Positions 26,856-35,831 of a DNA stretch of 64,000 nucleotides are shown here, one piece after another. Under the pieces are notes generated by a model, which saw only the letters and a program-made list of their open reading frames with translations, ran no database searches and was not told the DNA's origin. Numbering within the stretch: the stretch's first letter is position 1; every line of letters begins with the position of its first letter. The stretch comes from Polyangiales bacterium (GTDB taxonomy: Bacteria; Myxococcota_A; Polyangia; Polyangiales; Polyangiaceae), in NCBI GenBank assembly GCA_038230375.1, contig JBBRNJ010000011.1:32001-96000 (forward strand). Reading direction: 5' to 3'. A program made the translations under genes and the position numbers.

Positions 26856-28058
26856 ATGAAATTGGATACAAGTTCAGAGTACGCGATCGCAGCTTCCATG
26901 GAACGACCCTCTCGAAAAAACCAGGCACGCCACTTCGACACGGGCATCGCTCGTGCGAACGTCGGCGATTGGGCCGGGGCCGAGGCCGCGTTCACCACAG
27001 CGATCGCAGCCGGGCGGATCGACTGGGAGGTCTTCGTCAGCCGCGGCAATGTTCGCCAGGAGCTCGGTCAGCTGGACGCGGCCGTCTCGGACTTCTCGCG
27101 TGCCGTGGAGCTGTCGCCCCTCGAGCTGATGCCGCGCTTCAATCGCGCCAACGCGCGCTCGCAGGCGGGTGACCTTGGCGGCGCCGTTGACGACTACACT
27201 GGCGTGCTGGAGCTCGACGCAGCGTTCTCCCGTGCGTACGAGCGTCGCGGTCTCGTGCTGCAGCGGCTCGGTCAGGACGGCGCCGCGGAGTCGGACTTCT
27301 CGCGCACCATCGAGCTGTCGCCCGATCGCGCGGAGCCGTACGCGCATCGTGCGGCGCTCCGTGCGCTCCGTGGCGCGCTCGAGGACGCCCTCCGCGATTG
27401 TCAGCGCGCGCTCTCCCTGATGCCCGCGCATGGCAAGCAGCGAGACGCCACCACGCGCCTCATGAAGACCCTCGAGCGCGCCGCCGATGCCGGCGTGGCT
27501 GGCTCTGCGCCACCGCCGTCGCAGGTTCGCTCGCGCTCCGCATTCCCGAAGGTGCAGCTCGAGAAGCGCCGCACCCACGGCTCCGTGGTGCCCGGCGGCG
27601 ATGCGCTGGCCGTCATCGAGCGCCTGTTCCGCAAGCAGAAGGTCGCGCACACGGCAGAGAGCCTGGGAGATCCGCTCGGCACCGTTCGCTTCAGCGCGGG
27701 GCCCGAGGAGATCACGGGCGTCGAGGAGGTCGCGGTGGAGCTCCTGTCCGCGGAGAGCCGCCTCATCCTCTACCTGCTCGTCCTGGGGAAGCCGAAGACA
27801 GCGGCGCGCCGCGAGGTCATCGAGTTCGTCACGCGCGCCAACGCGGGGCTCGTGTCCGGCAACTACGAATACTCGCACGACGAGAACCGCGTGCGCTTCA
27901 AGACGTCGCTCGATTTCCGCGGAAAGAAGCTGTCGTTCATCCTGACGGAGAACCTGTGGCTGCACGCGTTCGAGGCCCACGCGGCTTACGACGAGGCGCT
28001 GCGCGCGGTCTTCCGCCGTGAGACCAACGCGAAGGAAGCCATCGCGGCCTGTGAGTGA
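26856..28058 (+). CDS. TPR-repeat protein with C-terminal YbjN-like domain
   Basis: About five TPR motifs, a Pro/Ser linker, then EFVTRANAGLVSGNYEY...VRFKTSLDF. Alternative ATG at 26898. Confidence 0.75.
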   Translation: MKLDTSSEYAIAASMERPSRKNQARHFDTGIARANVGDWAGAEAAFTTAIAAGRIDWEVFVSRGNVRQELGQLDAAVSDFSRAVELSPLELMPRFNRANARSQAGDLGGAVDDYTGVLELDAAFSRAYERRGLVLQRLGQDGAAESDFSRTIELSPDRAEPYAHRAALRALRGALEDALRDCQRALSLMPAHGKQRDATTRLMKTLERAADAGVAGSAPPPSQVRSRSAFPKVQLEKRRTHGSVVPGGDALAVIERLFRKQKVAHTAESLGDPLGTVRFSAGPEEITGVEEVAVELLSAESRLILYLLVLGKPKTAARREVIEFVTRANAGLVSGNYEYSHDENRVRFKTSLDFRGKKLSFILTENLWLHAFEAHAAYDEALRAVFRRETNAKEAIAACE

Positions 28059-28395
28059 CGGCTGCGTGCACTGCGGTGCGTGCTGCTTCTCCCACGCGGC
28101 GGAGTACGTGGCCGTCACGGGTGACGACTGGGCGCGGCTTGGTGAGCGCGCGGACGCGGTCGCCCACTTCATCGGCAACAAGGCGTTCATGCGAATGCAC
28201 GACGGCCATTGCGTCGCGCTGCGTGTGATGCCGGAGGGGGCGTTCCTGTGCGACATCTATGAGGAGAGGCCCAGCACCTGCCGCGACCTGGCGGAGAGCT
28301 CGCGCGCGTGCGAGGGCGAGCGCACAACGAAGGGCGAACGGCCCGGGCAGGCGCTGATCGCGCTACGTCGCTCGCGTGGGGAGGCTGCCCCCTGA
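28051..28395 (+). CDS. YkgJ-family CxxCxxCC Zn/Fe cluster protein
   Basis: GTG start. CVHCGACC, CVAL, CDIYEERPSTCR. Confidence 0.88.
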   Translation: MSDGCVHCGACCFSHAAEYVAVTGDDWARLGERADAVAHFIGNKAFMRMHDGHCVALRVMPEGAFLCDIYEERPSTCRDLAESSRACEGERTTKGERPGQALIALRRSRGEAAP

Positions 28396-29255
28396 GCTCC
28401 GCGCCCTCACCGCTGTGGTCGCGCGCCGCGCTCGGATTGCTCGTCGCGTTGCCGTGGGGGTGCGTGCCGGGCTACGAGCGCGAGCCCACGACGCCCGCTG
28501 CGCTGGAGTCTCCTGCGGCTGTCCCCACGTGGGACGTCACCCCGCAGACGATCGCGACGGAAGACGGGCCACGCCAGTTCATCGTGAGTCGCCCGCGGGC
28601 GCGAGGAGGGCCATGGCCCGTCGTGCTGGTGCTGCATGGTGGCGGCATGAACGGCGCGGCGATGCGGGCCTATGCCGACCTCGAGACGCGCGCGGGTCAA
28701 CCTGCGATCTTCGCCTACCCCGATGCCGTCGTGCGCAACGTCTGGGCCGACGAGTACGCGCTGCACTGGGACGGCACGCGCGATCTGTCGTTCATGGATG
28801 CGCTCGTGCGCTCACTCACGGAGGCACGACCGGGCGGCGCGCAGGGCGACGCGAAGCGCGTGTATGCGTTCGGCCTGTCATCCGGTGCATACTTCGCCAA
28901 CCAGCTCGCGTGTGCGTGGGGCAAGCGGCTCGACGGATTTGTCGCGGTCGAGGGCGGCGGTCCGTACGGCGACTGCAGCGGCCCGGTGAACGCCCTGATC
29001 GTCCACGATCCGGCGGACCCGGTGGTGCCCGCGTCGGAGGGCAAGGAGTCGTTCACGCGATGGCTCGCGCAGGATCGGTGCGCCGCACTGGAGCAGCCAT
29101 GGTCCCCCGCAGGCGCTCACGAGGTCGGAGATATCATGTGTAAACTACATGCATGTGCGGAGGGTGCGCGGGTTGCCACGTGCAGTCCAACGGCTGGCGT
29201 CCACGGCATCGGCCCACGCGTGCGCGAGGCGTCGCTCCGTTTTTTTGGCCTCTGA
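28392..29255 (+). CDS. LpqC/PHB-depolymerase-like alpha/beta-hydrolase, probably exported (start uncertain)
   Basis: VVLVLHGGG, FAYPDA, DLSFMDAL, GLSSGAYFANQLAC, DPVVP. Confidence 0.78.
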   Translation: MSSAPSPLWSRAALGLLVALPWGCVPGYEREPTTPAALESPAAVPTWDVTPQTIATEDGPRQFIVSRPRARGGPWPVVLVLHGGGMNGAAMRAYADLETRAGQPAIFAYPDAVVRNVWADEYALHWDGTRDLSFMDALVRSLTEARPGGAQGDAKRVYAFGLSSGAYFANQLACAWGKRLDGFVAVEGGGPYGDCSGPVNALIVHDPADPVVPASEGKESFTRWLAQDRCAALEQPWSPAGAHEVGDIMCKLHACAEGARVATCSPTAGVHGIGPRVREASLRFFGL

Positions 29256-29264
29256 TCAGGAGTC

Positions 29265-29303
29265 CCGGCCAAGCCGGCTCATCCGGCTAAGCCGGCTCAT
29301 CCG
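29265..29303. repeat. Two tandem 18-bp units CCGGCYAAGCCGGCTCAT, each a small hairpin, between convergent genes
   Basis: Units at 29265-29282 and 29283-29300. The second contains the kinase stop codon. Confidence 0.7.
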
Positions 29304-30262
29304 CGAAGCAGATCTTCCCAGTGCTGCGGCAACACGGCGCGCTCCGCTGCGGGCAGGTCGGGGAGCGGCTTCTCCAGCTCTGCTGCGGTGACGGTGCGCT
29401 CACAGAGGTCGAAGCCGACGGCCGTCTGCAGGCCCAGCACCAGCTCGTGGACCACGGGCCACCGGGCGTCTGGCTCGCGCTGGAGCGCCGCGTGGACCAC
29501 GCGCGCGAGCGCAGGGGGAACGGCAGGCGCATGGTCCTGGAGCGCGGGCACCGTGCCGCCCTTCTTCACCAGGAACGCCATGAATGTGCCGGACGCCGTG
29601 AACGCCGGCACGCCCGCGAGCAGGTGATAGAGCACCATGCCCAAACTCCACACGTCCGCCCGCGCATCCACGCCCTTGGGGCTCACGGCCTGCTCGGGCG
29701 CGATGTAGTGCAGCGTGCCCATGATCGCGCCAGACCGCGTGATGCTCTTCTCGTCACCCTTTGCGAGCCCGAAGTCGGCGACGAGCACGGTGATCTGCCC
29801 GTCCGGCGCGACCTCCAGGAACAGGTTCGACGGCTTGATGTCGCGGTGAACGATGCCCTTGTCGTTGGCGGCCGCGACCCCACGGCAGGCCTGCACCATG
29901 AGCGGCACCGCGACCTCCACGGTCATGCGGCCGTGACGCGCGAGCTCCATGGCCAGGTCGCCCTTCTCGTAGAGCGGCATCGTATAGAAGTGGACGGCAA
30001 GGTCGTCGTCGCTGCCGTGATCCAGGATGGGCACCACGTTCGGATGCGTGATGCTCGCGCTCAGGACGATCTCGCGGCGGAAGCGCTCGCGGCTCTCCTG
30101 GTCTTCGTGCACCAGCACCTTGAGCGCGACCGTGGCTCCGTCGCGCGCGTCGGTCGCCGCATAGACCGCGCCCATGGCACCCACGCCGACGACACGGAGG
30201 AGCGTGTAGCGGCCGGCGATCAACTTGCCGAGGTGGTCGCTGGGTTCGGGGCCGAAGCTCAT
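29297..30262 (-). CDS. Hanks-type Ser/Thr protein kinase (kinase domain only)
   Basis: Start re-picked at ATG 30262 with GAGGAG upstream. GVGAMG, VALK, HRDIKPSN, DFG, GTLHYIAPE, DVWSLG. Confidence 0.92.
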   Translation of the reverse strand: MSFGPEPSDHLGKLIAGRYTLLRVVGVGAMGAVYAATDARDGATVALKVLVHEDQESRERFRREIVLSASITHPNVVPILDHGSDDDLAVHFYTMPLYEKGDLAMELARHGRMTVEVAVPLMVQACRGVAAANDKGIVHRDIKPSNLFLEVAPDGQITVLVADFGLAKGDEKSITRSGAIMGTLHYIAPEQAVSPKGVDARADVWSLGMVLYHLLAGVPAFTASGTFMAFLVKKGGTVPALQDHAPAVPPALARVVHAALQREPDARWPVVHELVLGLQTAVGFDLCERTVTAAELEKPLPDLPAAERAVLPQHWEDLLRG

Positions 30263-30337
30263 CTCCTCTCTGTCGTCATACACGGGAACGGCCCCTTTCC
30301 CAACCGCAGAGGCGCTATATATAGTCGGATCCTCGAC

Positions 30338-31534
30338 ATGGATCCGAACCTCCGAGAGCTCGCCGACATCATCGTTCGCTGGATACACGTGATCGCGGGG
30401 ATCATGTGGGTCGGCAACTCGATGCTCTTCAACTGGCTCGATCGCAATCTCGAGCAGCGCAAGGGCCTCTCGCCGAAGTCGTTCGGTGAGATCTGGATGC
30501 TCCACAGCGGCGCGTACTACCAGGTCGAGAAGAAGATGCTGCGGCCGGAGGAGTATCCAAAGATCCTCCACTGGTTCAAGTGGCAGAGCTACACGACATG
30601 GCTCTCGGGTATCTCGCTCCTGCTGATCGTCTATTACGCGAGCGGTGGCGGCTCGTACCTGGTGGATACGAACGTCTCGAAGATCAGCCCGGACTTCGCG
30701 ATGGACTTCGGGCTGGGCACCGTCTTCGGTGGGTTCATCGTCTACGACGTGATCTGGCGGGTCCTCGGAAAGCGCGCCGAGAAGCTCGCGACTGCGCTCA
30801 CCGTGGCGCTCGTGGCGGCGGCAGTGTGGTTCGTTCCGCACGTGCTGGAAGGTCGCTCCGCCTTCATCCACGTGGGCGCGATGCTCGGCACCATCATGGC
30901 CGGCAACGTGTTCCTGCACATCGTTCCGTCGCAGCGCGAGCTCGTGGCGGCGACGCAGAAGGGAAGCGCGTCCGACCTCTCGCTGTCGAAGCACGCCAAG
31001 CAGCGCAGCATCCACAACAACTACTTCACGTTCCCGCTGATCTTCTTGATGGTGTCGAATCACTTCCCGTCGACCTTCAGCGGGAAGTATTCGTCGGTCG
31101 TGCTCGCGGTGTTCATCGTGAGCGGCGCGCTCATCCGCCACTTCATGAACATCCGGTTCACGTGGAAGCCGGCGCTCGCGTACCTGGGTGTGACGGCGGT
31201 CGTTTCCGCATGCACGATCTTCTTCCTTGTCCGCGTGCCGAAGGCGGAGGCCACGGCGGTGCCGCGCGAGAAGATCGCGTTCTCGCGCGTGGAGCTCGTG
31301 ATGCAGACGCGCTGCGTGCCATGTCACTCGCACAAGCCGTCGGACCCCAGCCTGATGGCGCCGCCGAACGGCGTCATGTTCGAGACGCCGGAGCAGATCA
31401 AGGGCTACGTGGACAAGATCAAGCTACGCGCGGTCATGTCGAAGAACATGCCGCAGGGCAACAAGACGAACATGACGGAAGAGGAGAGAGACCTCCTCGG
31501 CAAGTGGATCCTGGGCGGCGCGAATATCGACTGA
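30338..31534 (+). CDS. puuD: Urate hydroxylase PuuD (membrane urate oxidase with C-terminal cytochrome c)
   Basis: RWIHVIAGIMWVG, WMLHSG, LHWFKWQSYTTWLSG, GTIMAGNV, RSIHNNYFTFP, CVPCH heme motif. Confidence 0.9.
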   Translation: MDPNLRELADIIVRWIHVIAGIMWVGNSMLFNWLDRNLEQRKGLSPKSFGEIWMLHSGAYYQVEKKMLRPEEYPKILHWFKWQSYTTWLSGISLLLIVYYASGGGSYLVDTNVSKISPDFAMDFGLGTVFGGFIVYDVIWRVLGKRAEKLATALTVALVAAAVWFVPHVLEGRSAFIHVGAMLGTIMAGNVFLHIVPSQRELVAATQKGSASDLSLSKHAKQRSIHNNYFTFPLIFLMVSNHFPSTFSGKYSSVVLAVFIVSGALIRHFMNIRFTWKPALAYLGVTAVVSACTIFFLVRVPKAEATAVPREKIAFSRVELVMQTRCVPCHSHKPSDPSLMAPPNGVMFETPEQIKGYVDKIKLRAVMSKNMPQGNKTNMTEEERDLLGKWILGGANID

Positions 31535-31535
31535 G

Positions 31536-31637
31536 GAAGTCGAGGTCGAGGTCGAAGTCGAGGTCGAGGTCGAGGTCGAAGTCGAAGTCGAGGTCGAGGT
31601 CGAGGTCGAGGTCGAGGTCGAGGTCGAGGTCGAGGTC
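31536..31637 (+). repeat. Intergenic (GARGTC)17 tandem repeat
   Basis: 17 hexamers (13 GAGGTC, 4 GAAGTC), starting one base after the puuD stop. Confidence 0.97.
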
Positions 31638-31821
31638 GTTGTCGCGTCCGACTGCCCATTTTTGTCACCCGGCAAAACGTGGGCCTGCCCCCTTGCACGC
31701 ATCGATCGGGTGATTATTTCCTGTGGTGTCGACCGGGTTGACGCGCCTCGTGAGCCCCGGTGGATCCAGTCCCGACACCATCGCGGTCCCCCCATGGGGA
31801 TCGCAAGAAGGAGACACGTCC

Positions 31822-32301
31822 ATGTCCATGCAGAGCCTGTTCTACGACTTCGGTGAGTTCGGTCAGCCGTTTCGCGCGTTCGATCTCCTTGCCAAGGAGA
31901 TGACGCGCTTTGCTGCCCCCGACGGGGTGACGCAGAAGCTCGATCGCGCAGAGCCGCGCAAGCCGCGCGCGCCTGGGGTCTTTCCTGAAGTGGAGGCATG
32001 GGAGAAGGACGGCGTGTTCTTCCTCTCTGCAACGCTCCCCGGCGTGGCGAAAGAGGATGTCAGCATCACGGTCGAGAAGAACACCGTCAACGTGTCCACG
32101 AAGCGCGAGCTGCCCGGAATCGAAGGCTATGAGCTTCGTGCGCGTGAGCGTCGGGCCTTCGCGTTCGATCGCACGTTCGAGCTGCCCGCGCCGATCGCCG
32201 CGGACAAGGTGGAGGCGTCGCTCGAGAACGGCATCCTCACGGTCTCGCTCCCGAAGGCGCCGGAGACGAAGCCCATCAAGATCAACGTGAAGAGCGCCTG
32301 A
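31822..32301 (+). CDS. Hsp20/alpha-crystallin small heat-shock protein
   Basis: AGGAG ribosome-binding site before ATG 31822. LPGVAKEDV, FDRTFELP, ASLENGILTVSLPK. Confidence 0.92.
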   Translation: MSMQSLFYDFGEFGQPFRAFDLLAKEMTRFAAPDGVTQKLDRAEPRKPRAPGVFPEVEAWEKDGVFFLSATLPGVAKEDVSITVEKNTVNVSTKRELPGIEGYELRARERRAFAFDRTFELPAPIAADKVEASLENGILTVSLPKAPETKPIKINVKSA

Positions 32302-32342
32302 ATCAACGTCCCGACGACGAAAAGAATCAGAGGAGAGAACCC

Positions 32343-32723
32343 ATGTCTCAGCCCACACCCGCGAACGGTACGCACGCCAACGGAACCACCAAGGAGCGCG
32401 CGTTTCACAAGACCAACATTCTTCCGCCGCTCGACGTCTACGAGAACGCGGACGAGCTGCTCGTCGTGATCGACGTGCCCGGCATCAGCGCAGGCGACCT
32501 TTCGATCGAGGTCCTGGGTGACTCGCTCAAGTTCACCGCAGAGGCTCGAACTCCAGGCGCGCCCGGTGCGCCCGTCGAGCGCGTGTTCGAGCGCGTGATC
32601 CGTCTCCCGGCCAACATCGACGCTGAGCGCATCACAGCCGAGACGAAGAACGGCACGGTGGTCCTCCACATGCCCAAGCTCGAGGCCGCGAAGCCCCGAA
32701 AAATCCCGGTCAAGAGCGCCTGA
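32343..32723 (+). CDS. Hsp20/alpha-crystallin small heat-shock protein (second of a tandem pair)
   Basis: PPLDVYE, DVPGI, FERVIRLP, NGTVVLHMPK. Confidence 0.92.
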   Translation: MSQPTPANGTHANGTTKERAFHKTNILPPLDVYENADELLVVIDVPGISAGDLSIEVLGDSLKFTAEARTPGAPGAPVERVFERVIRLPANIDAERITAETKNGTVVLHMPKLEAAKPRKIPVKSA

Positions 32724-32791
32724 CACCGATCTCGATCTTGCGTGTGCCGTCCCGGTGACGGTCGCGCCGCCCTCTGGTATCGTCTTTCGCA

Positions 32792-34297
32792 ATGACGTTT
32801 CTCAAAGAGCGCGCAGCGGGACCTACGGTGGGCGGCAAGACCAAGGGCGGCAAGGCAGCGCCCCCCGCATCGCATGATCCGGCGACGCCGCCGGCCCTCC
32901 TCGAGTTCATGGTGCAGCGGTGGAAGGCACCTTCCGGAAAGCTGCCGCCGCGCGTGCATGGCGCGAAGAACTTCAAGTCGCGGCGCGACGCGCTCTCGAA
33001 GAGGTTTCCGGGCGAGCTGCTCGTCATCCCGTGCGGGCACGAGAAGGTGCGCGCGAACGACACGATCTACCCGTTCCGCGCCGGCACCGAGTTCTACTAC
33101 CTGACCGGCAACCTGGAGCCGGACTGCGTCCTGGTCCTCGAGCCGGTGGCAGGCAAGGGCAAGACCGGCCACACGCACGTGCTCTACGTGGAGCCGAACC
33201 CCGGCAAGGTCGACGCGACGTTCTTCACCGACCGCCACAAGGGGGAGCTCTGGGTCGGCCCGCGCCTGGGCGTCCCCGAGAGCAAGCACCGCTTCGGCGT
33301 GGACGAGTGCCGCCCCATCAAGGAGCTCGCGACGTCGCTCGCGAAGACCCTGTCCACGAAGCCCACGCGCATCCTCCGCGGCTTCTCGGAGGCCACGGAG
33401 AAGGCCTGCGCGAACGGCCTCTCCCTTGGCGCCGATCGCGACAAGGAGCTCGCGGAGTACCTGTCCGAGGCGCGCCTGCTGAAGGACGCGCTCGAGGTCA
33501 AGGAGCTACAGAAGGCGATCGACTCCACGAAGCGCGGCTTCGACGACGTCATCGCGCGCCTCAAGACCGCAAAGAGCGAGCGCGAGGTCGAGGGTGTGTT
33601 CTTCACGCGCGCCCGCACGGAGGGCAACGACGTGGGCTACGGCACGATCGCAGCCTCTGGCGATCATGCGTGTACTCTGCACTGGACCAAGAACGACGGC
33701 CCCGTCACGAAGGGCGACCTCATGTTGCTCGACGCGGGCGTCGAGGCCACCACGCTCTACACCGCCGACATCACGCGCACGCTGCCCATCTCCGGCAAGT
33801 TCGGCAAGGAGCAGCGCATGGTCTACGAGCTCGTGCTCGAGGCACAGCGCCAGGCCTTTCTCGAGGTGAAGCCCGGTCGCGATTTTCTGGATCCGAACCG
33901 CGCCGCGATGCGCGTGCTGACGGAGGGCCTGGTCCGCTGGGGCATCCTGAAGTGCACGGCGGAAGAGGCGCTCGACCCGCAGAAGCAGCTCTATCGTCGC
34001 TACACGCTCCACAACGTGAGCCACATGCTCGGGCTCGATGTGCACGACTGCGCGAAGGCGCGCGCGGAGACGTACAAGTTCGGCAAGCTCGTGGCAGGCA
34101 TGGTGCTCACCGTGGAGCCAGGCCTGTACTTCCAGCGCGACGATCTCACGGTGCCCCAGAAATTCCGCGGCATCGGCGTCCGTATCGAGGACGACGTCCT
34201 GGTGATCAAGGGCGGCTGCCGCATCCTGTCCGACCACATCCCCACCAAGACGAAGGACGTCGAGGCGTGGATGAAGGGCATCTGGCAGAAGGGCTGA
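32792..34297 (+). CDS. pepP: Xaa-Pro aminopeptidase (M24B)
   Basis: FYYLTG, LHW, LLDAG, YTADITRT, HMLGLDVHD, TVEPGLYF, GVRIEDD. Confidence 0.94.
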   Translation: MTFLKERAAGPTVGGKTKGGKAAPPASHDPATPPALLEFMVQRWKAPSGKLPPRVHGAKNFKSRRDALSKRFPGELLVIPCGHEKVRANDTIYPFRAGTEFYYLTGNLEPDCVLVLEPVAGKGKTGHTHVLYVEPNPGKVDATFFTDRHKGELWVGPRLGVPESKHRFGVDECRPIKELATSLAKTLSTKPTRILRGFSEATEKACANGLSLGADRDKELAEYLSEARLLKDALEVKELQKAIDSTKRGFDDVIARLKTAKSEREVEGVFFTRARTEGNDVGYGTIAASGDHACTLHWTKNDGPVTKGDLMLLDAGVEATTLYTADITRTLPISGKFGKEQRMVYELVLEAQRQAFLEVKPGRDFLDPNRAAMRVLTEGLVRWGILKCTAEEALDPQKQLYRRYTLHNVSHMLGLDVHDCAKARAETYKFGKLVAGMVLTVEPGLYFQRDDLTVPQKFRGIGVRIEDDVLVIKGGCRILSDHIPTKTKDVEAWMKGIWQKG

Positions 34298-34328
34298 GGC
34301 CTGCGCGGCGGGCGCGCACGTGAAGCGC

Positions 34329-34703
34329 TCAGCCGAGCCCGAGCTCGCCGGTCTTTCCGTCGACGGTGAGCTCGTCGGTGTCGCGTAGCTCGGTCTCCTG
34401 GCCGTCTGCGCCGCGGAACACCACGCGACGGTCGGCGAAGAACACCTTCGTCCCAGGCACGCCCACGACGCACGGTTTGCCGAGCGCGCGCGCCATGATG
34501 GCCGCATCGCCGGTGAGCCCCCCGCGCACAGACACGACGGCCACCGCTGCCTCGATGCCGATGCGGTCCTCGTGGCCAGACTCATCGCAGAGGAAGACGA
34601 GCTTCTCCCCCTTGCGCCGTTCTGCATCCACGGACGAAAATGCGAGCTTGCCGGTTGCGAGCCCCGGGCTTGCGCCCACACCTTTTGCGAGGATCTTCTG
34701 CAT
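34329..34703 (-). CDS. Stand-alone PPDK/PEP-utilising phospho-histidine swivel domain with His replaced by Asp
   Basis: Start re-picked at ATG 34703 (GGAG upstream). LAKGVGASPGLATG, RGGLTGDAAIMARALGKPCVVG, LTVDGKTGE. Confidence 0.85.
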   Translation of the reverse strand: MQKILAKGVGASPGLATGKLAFSSVDAERRKGEKLVFLCDESGHEDRIGIEAAVAVVSVRGGLTGDAAIMARALGKPCVVGVPGTKVFFADRRVVFRGADGQETELRDTDELTVDGKTGELGLG

Positions 34704-34778
34704 GAGCAGCTCCTTTATACCCCGAAAAAGGGGCCCCGGTTTCCCCTGAGCGTGATTTTGAGGTAAGGCCACCCGCGC

Positions 34779-35831
34779 ATGTCTTCCGAGAAGCACCGTG
34801 AGCTCGAACGCCGCTACCGCGACAAGCCCGCGGTCCTTGCGCCCATGGAAGACGTCACGGACATGGTCTTCCGCCGGCTCTGCCGCAAGCTGGGCTCGGA
34901 CCTGGCCATGACGGAGTTCGTCAACGTCGAGGGCCTGCTCCGCGGCTGTCGCAACGCCAGGCGCAAGATCCGCCTCGCCGCGGACGACGGCCTGACGGGC
35001 ATCCAGATCTATGGCTCGAACCCGGAGCGTCTCGCAGAGGCCGCGACCTTCGCGGAGGAAGCGGATCCGCTCTTCATCGACATCAATTGCGGCTGCTGGG
35101 TGCCCAAGATCGCGGGCCGCGGCGCCGGCGCCGGATGGTTGCGCGAGCCCACGGCGATGGTGGCCATGGCAAAGCTAGTCGTGTCGAGCGTGAAGGTCCC
35201 CGTGACCGTGAAGACGCGGATTGGTTACGGCCCCGAGTCGCACATGCCGATCGTGGAGCTCGCGAAGCGCATCGAGGACGCGGGCGTGTCGGCGCTCACC
35301 ATCCACTGCCGCACGGCGCAGATGGGGCACTCCGGCAAGGCCGACTGGAGCTGGGCGGCGAAGGCGAAGGCATCGGGGGTGAAGATCCCCGTGATCGTCA
35401 ACGGCGACGTGAAGAGCGCAGATGACGCCGCGCGCGCGCTCACCGAGACGGGCTGCGAAGGCGTGATGGTCGGTCGTCGAGCGATCGAGCACCCGTGGGT
35501 CTTCCGCGAGATCTACGGGCTACTCCGCCGAGGCGAGCGCGTCGCCCCGCCCACCGACCTGGAGCGCATCGACCTGTGCAAGGAGCACCTCGTCGCGAAC
35601 GTAGCGGAGCGCGGGGAGCCCTACGGCGTCCGCTGCACGCGCCGACACCTGTCGGGGTATCTGCACGGCCTGCGCGGCGCCAGCGAGCTCCGCCAGAAGT
35701 TGAACGTGTGCGACACCCTCGACGGATGCCTGGCCATCCTGGACGAGTGGGTCACGCGCGCTGCCACGTATGCGCCCCGCGAGTTTCCTGGCGCTTCGGC
35801 GCTCAGTGAGGAAGCGCCGACAGGGACGTGA
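34779..35831 (+). CDS. dusB: tRNA-dihydrouridine synthase (DusB-like)
   Basis: LAPMEDVTD, QIYG, DINCGC, VTVKTRIG, NGDV, GVMVGR. Confidence 0.9.
   Translation: MSSEKHRELERRYRDKPAVLAPMEDVTDMVFRRLCRKLGSDLAMTEFVNVEGLLRGCRNARRKIRLAADDGLTGIQIYGSNPERLAEAATFAEEADPLFIDINCGCWVPKIAGRGAGAGWLREPTAMVAMAKLVVSSVKVPVTVKTRIGYGPESHMPIVELAKRIEDAGVSALTIHCRTAQMGHSGKADWSWAAKAKASGVKIPVIVNGDVKSADDAARALTETGCEGVMVGRRAIEHPWVFREIYGLLRRGERVAPPTDLERIDLCKEHLVANVAERGEPYGVRCTRRHLSGYLHGLRGASELRQKLNVCDTLDGCLAILDEWVTRAATYAPREFPGASALSEEAPTGT

Noticed and set aside
29297..31534. Apparent 678-aa and 737-aa mutually overlapping ORFs, suggesting kinase or PuuD fusions
   Set aside because: Each N-terminal extension is just the antisense of the other gene. 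The real starts are 30262 (minus) and 30338 (plus), with promoter and RBS-like signals between them.
31640..31821. Possible sigma32 promoter, CIRCE or ROSE thermometer upstream of the Hsp20 pair
   Set aside because: Only partial matches (CTTGCA, CCCCAT) with wrong spacing; cannot be supported by eye.
31405..32032. ORFs with (RP)n, (SR)n or (TS)n runs across the hexamer tracts, also at 24157-25281 and 59382-60351
   Set aside because: The hexamer has no stop in any frame, so these ORFs arise automatically. Only the phosphatase linker lies within a supported gene.
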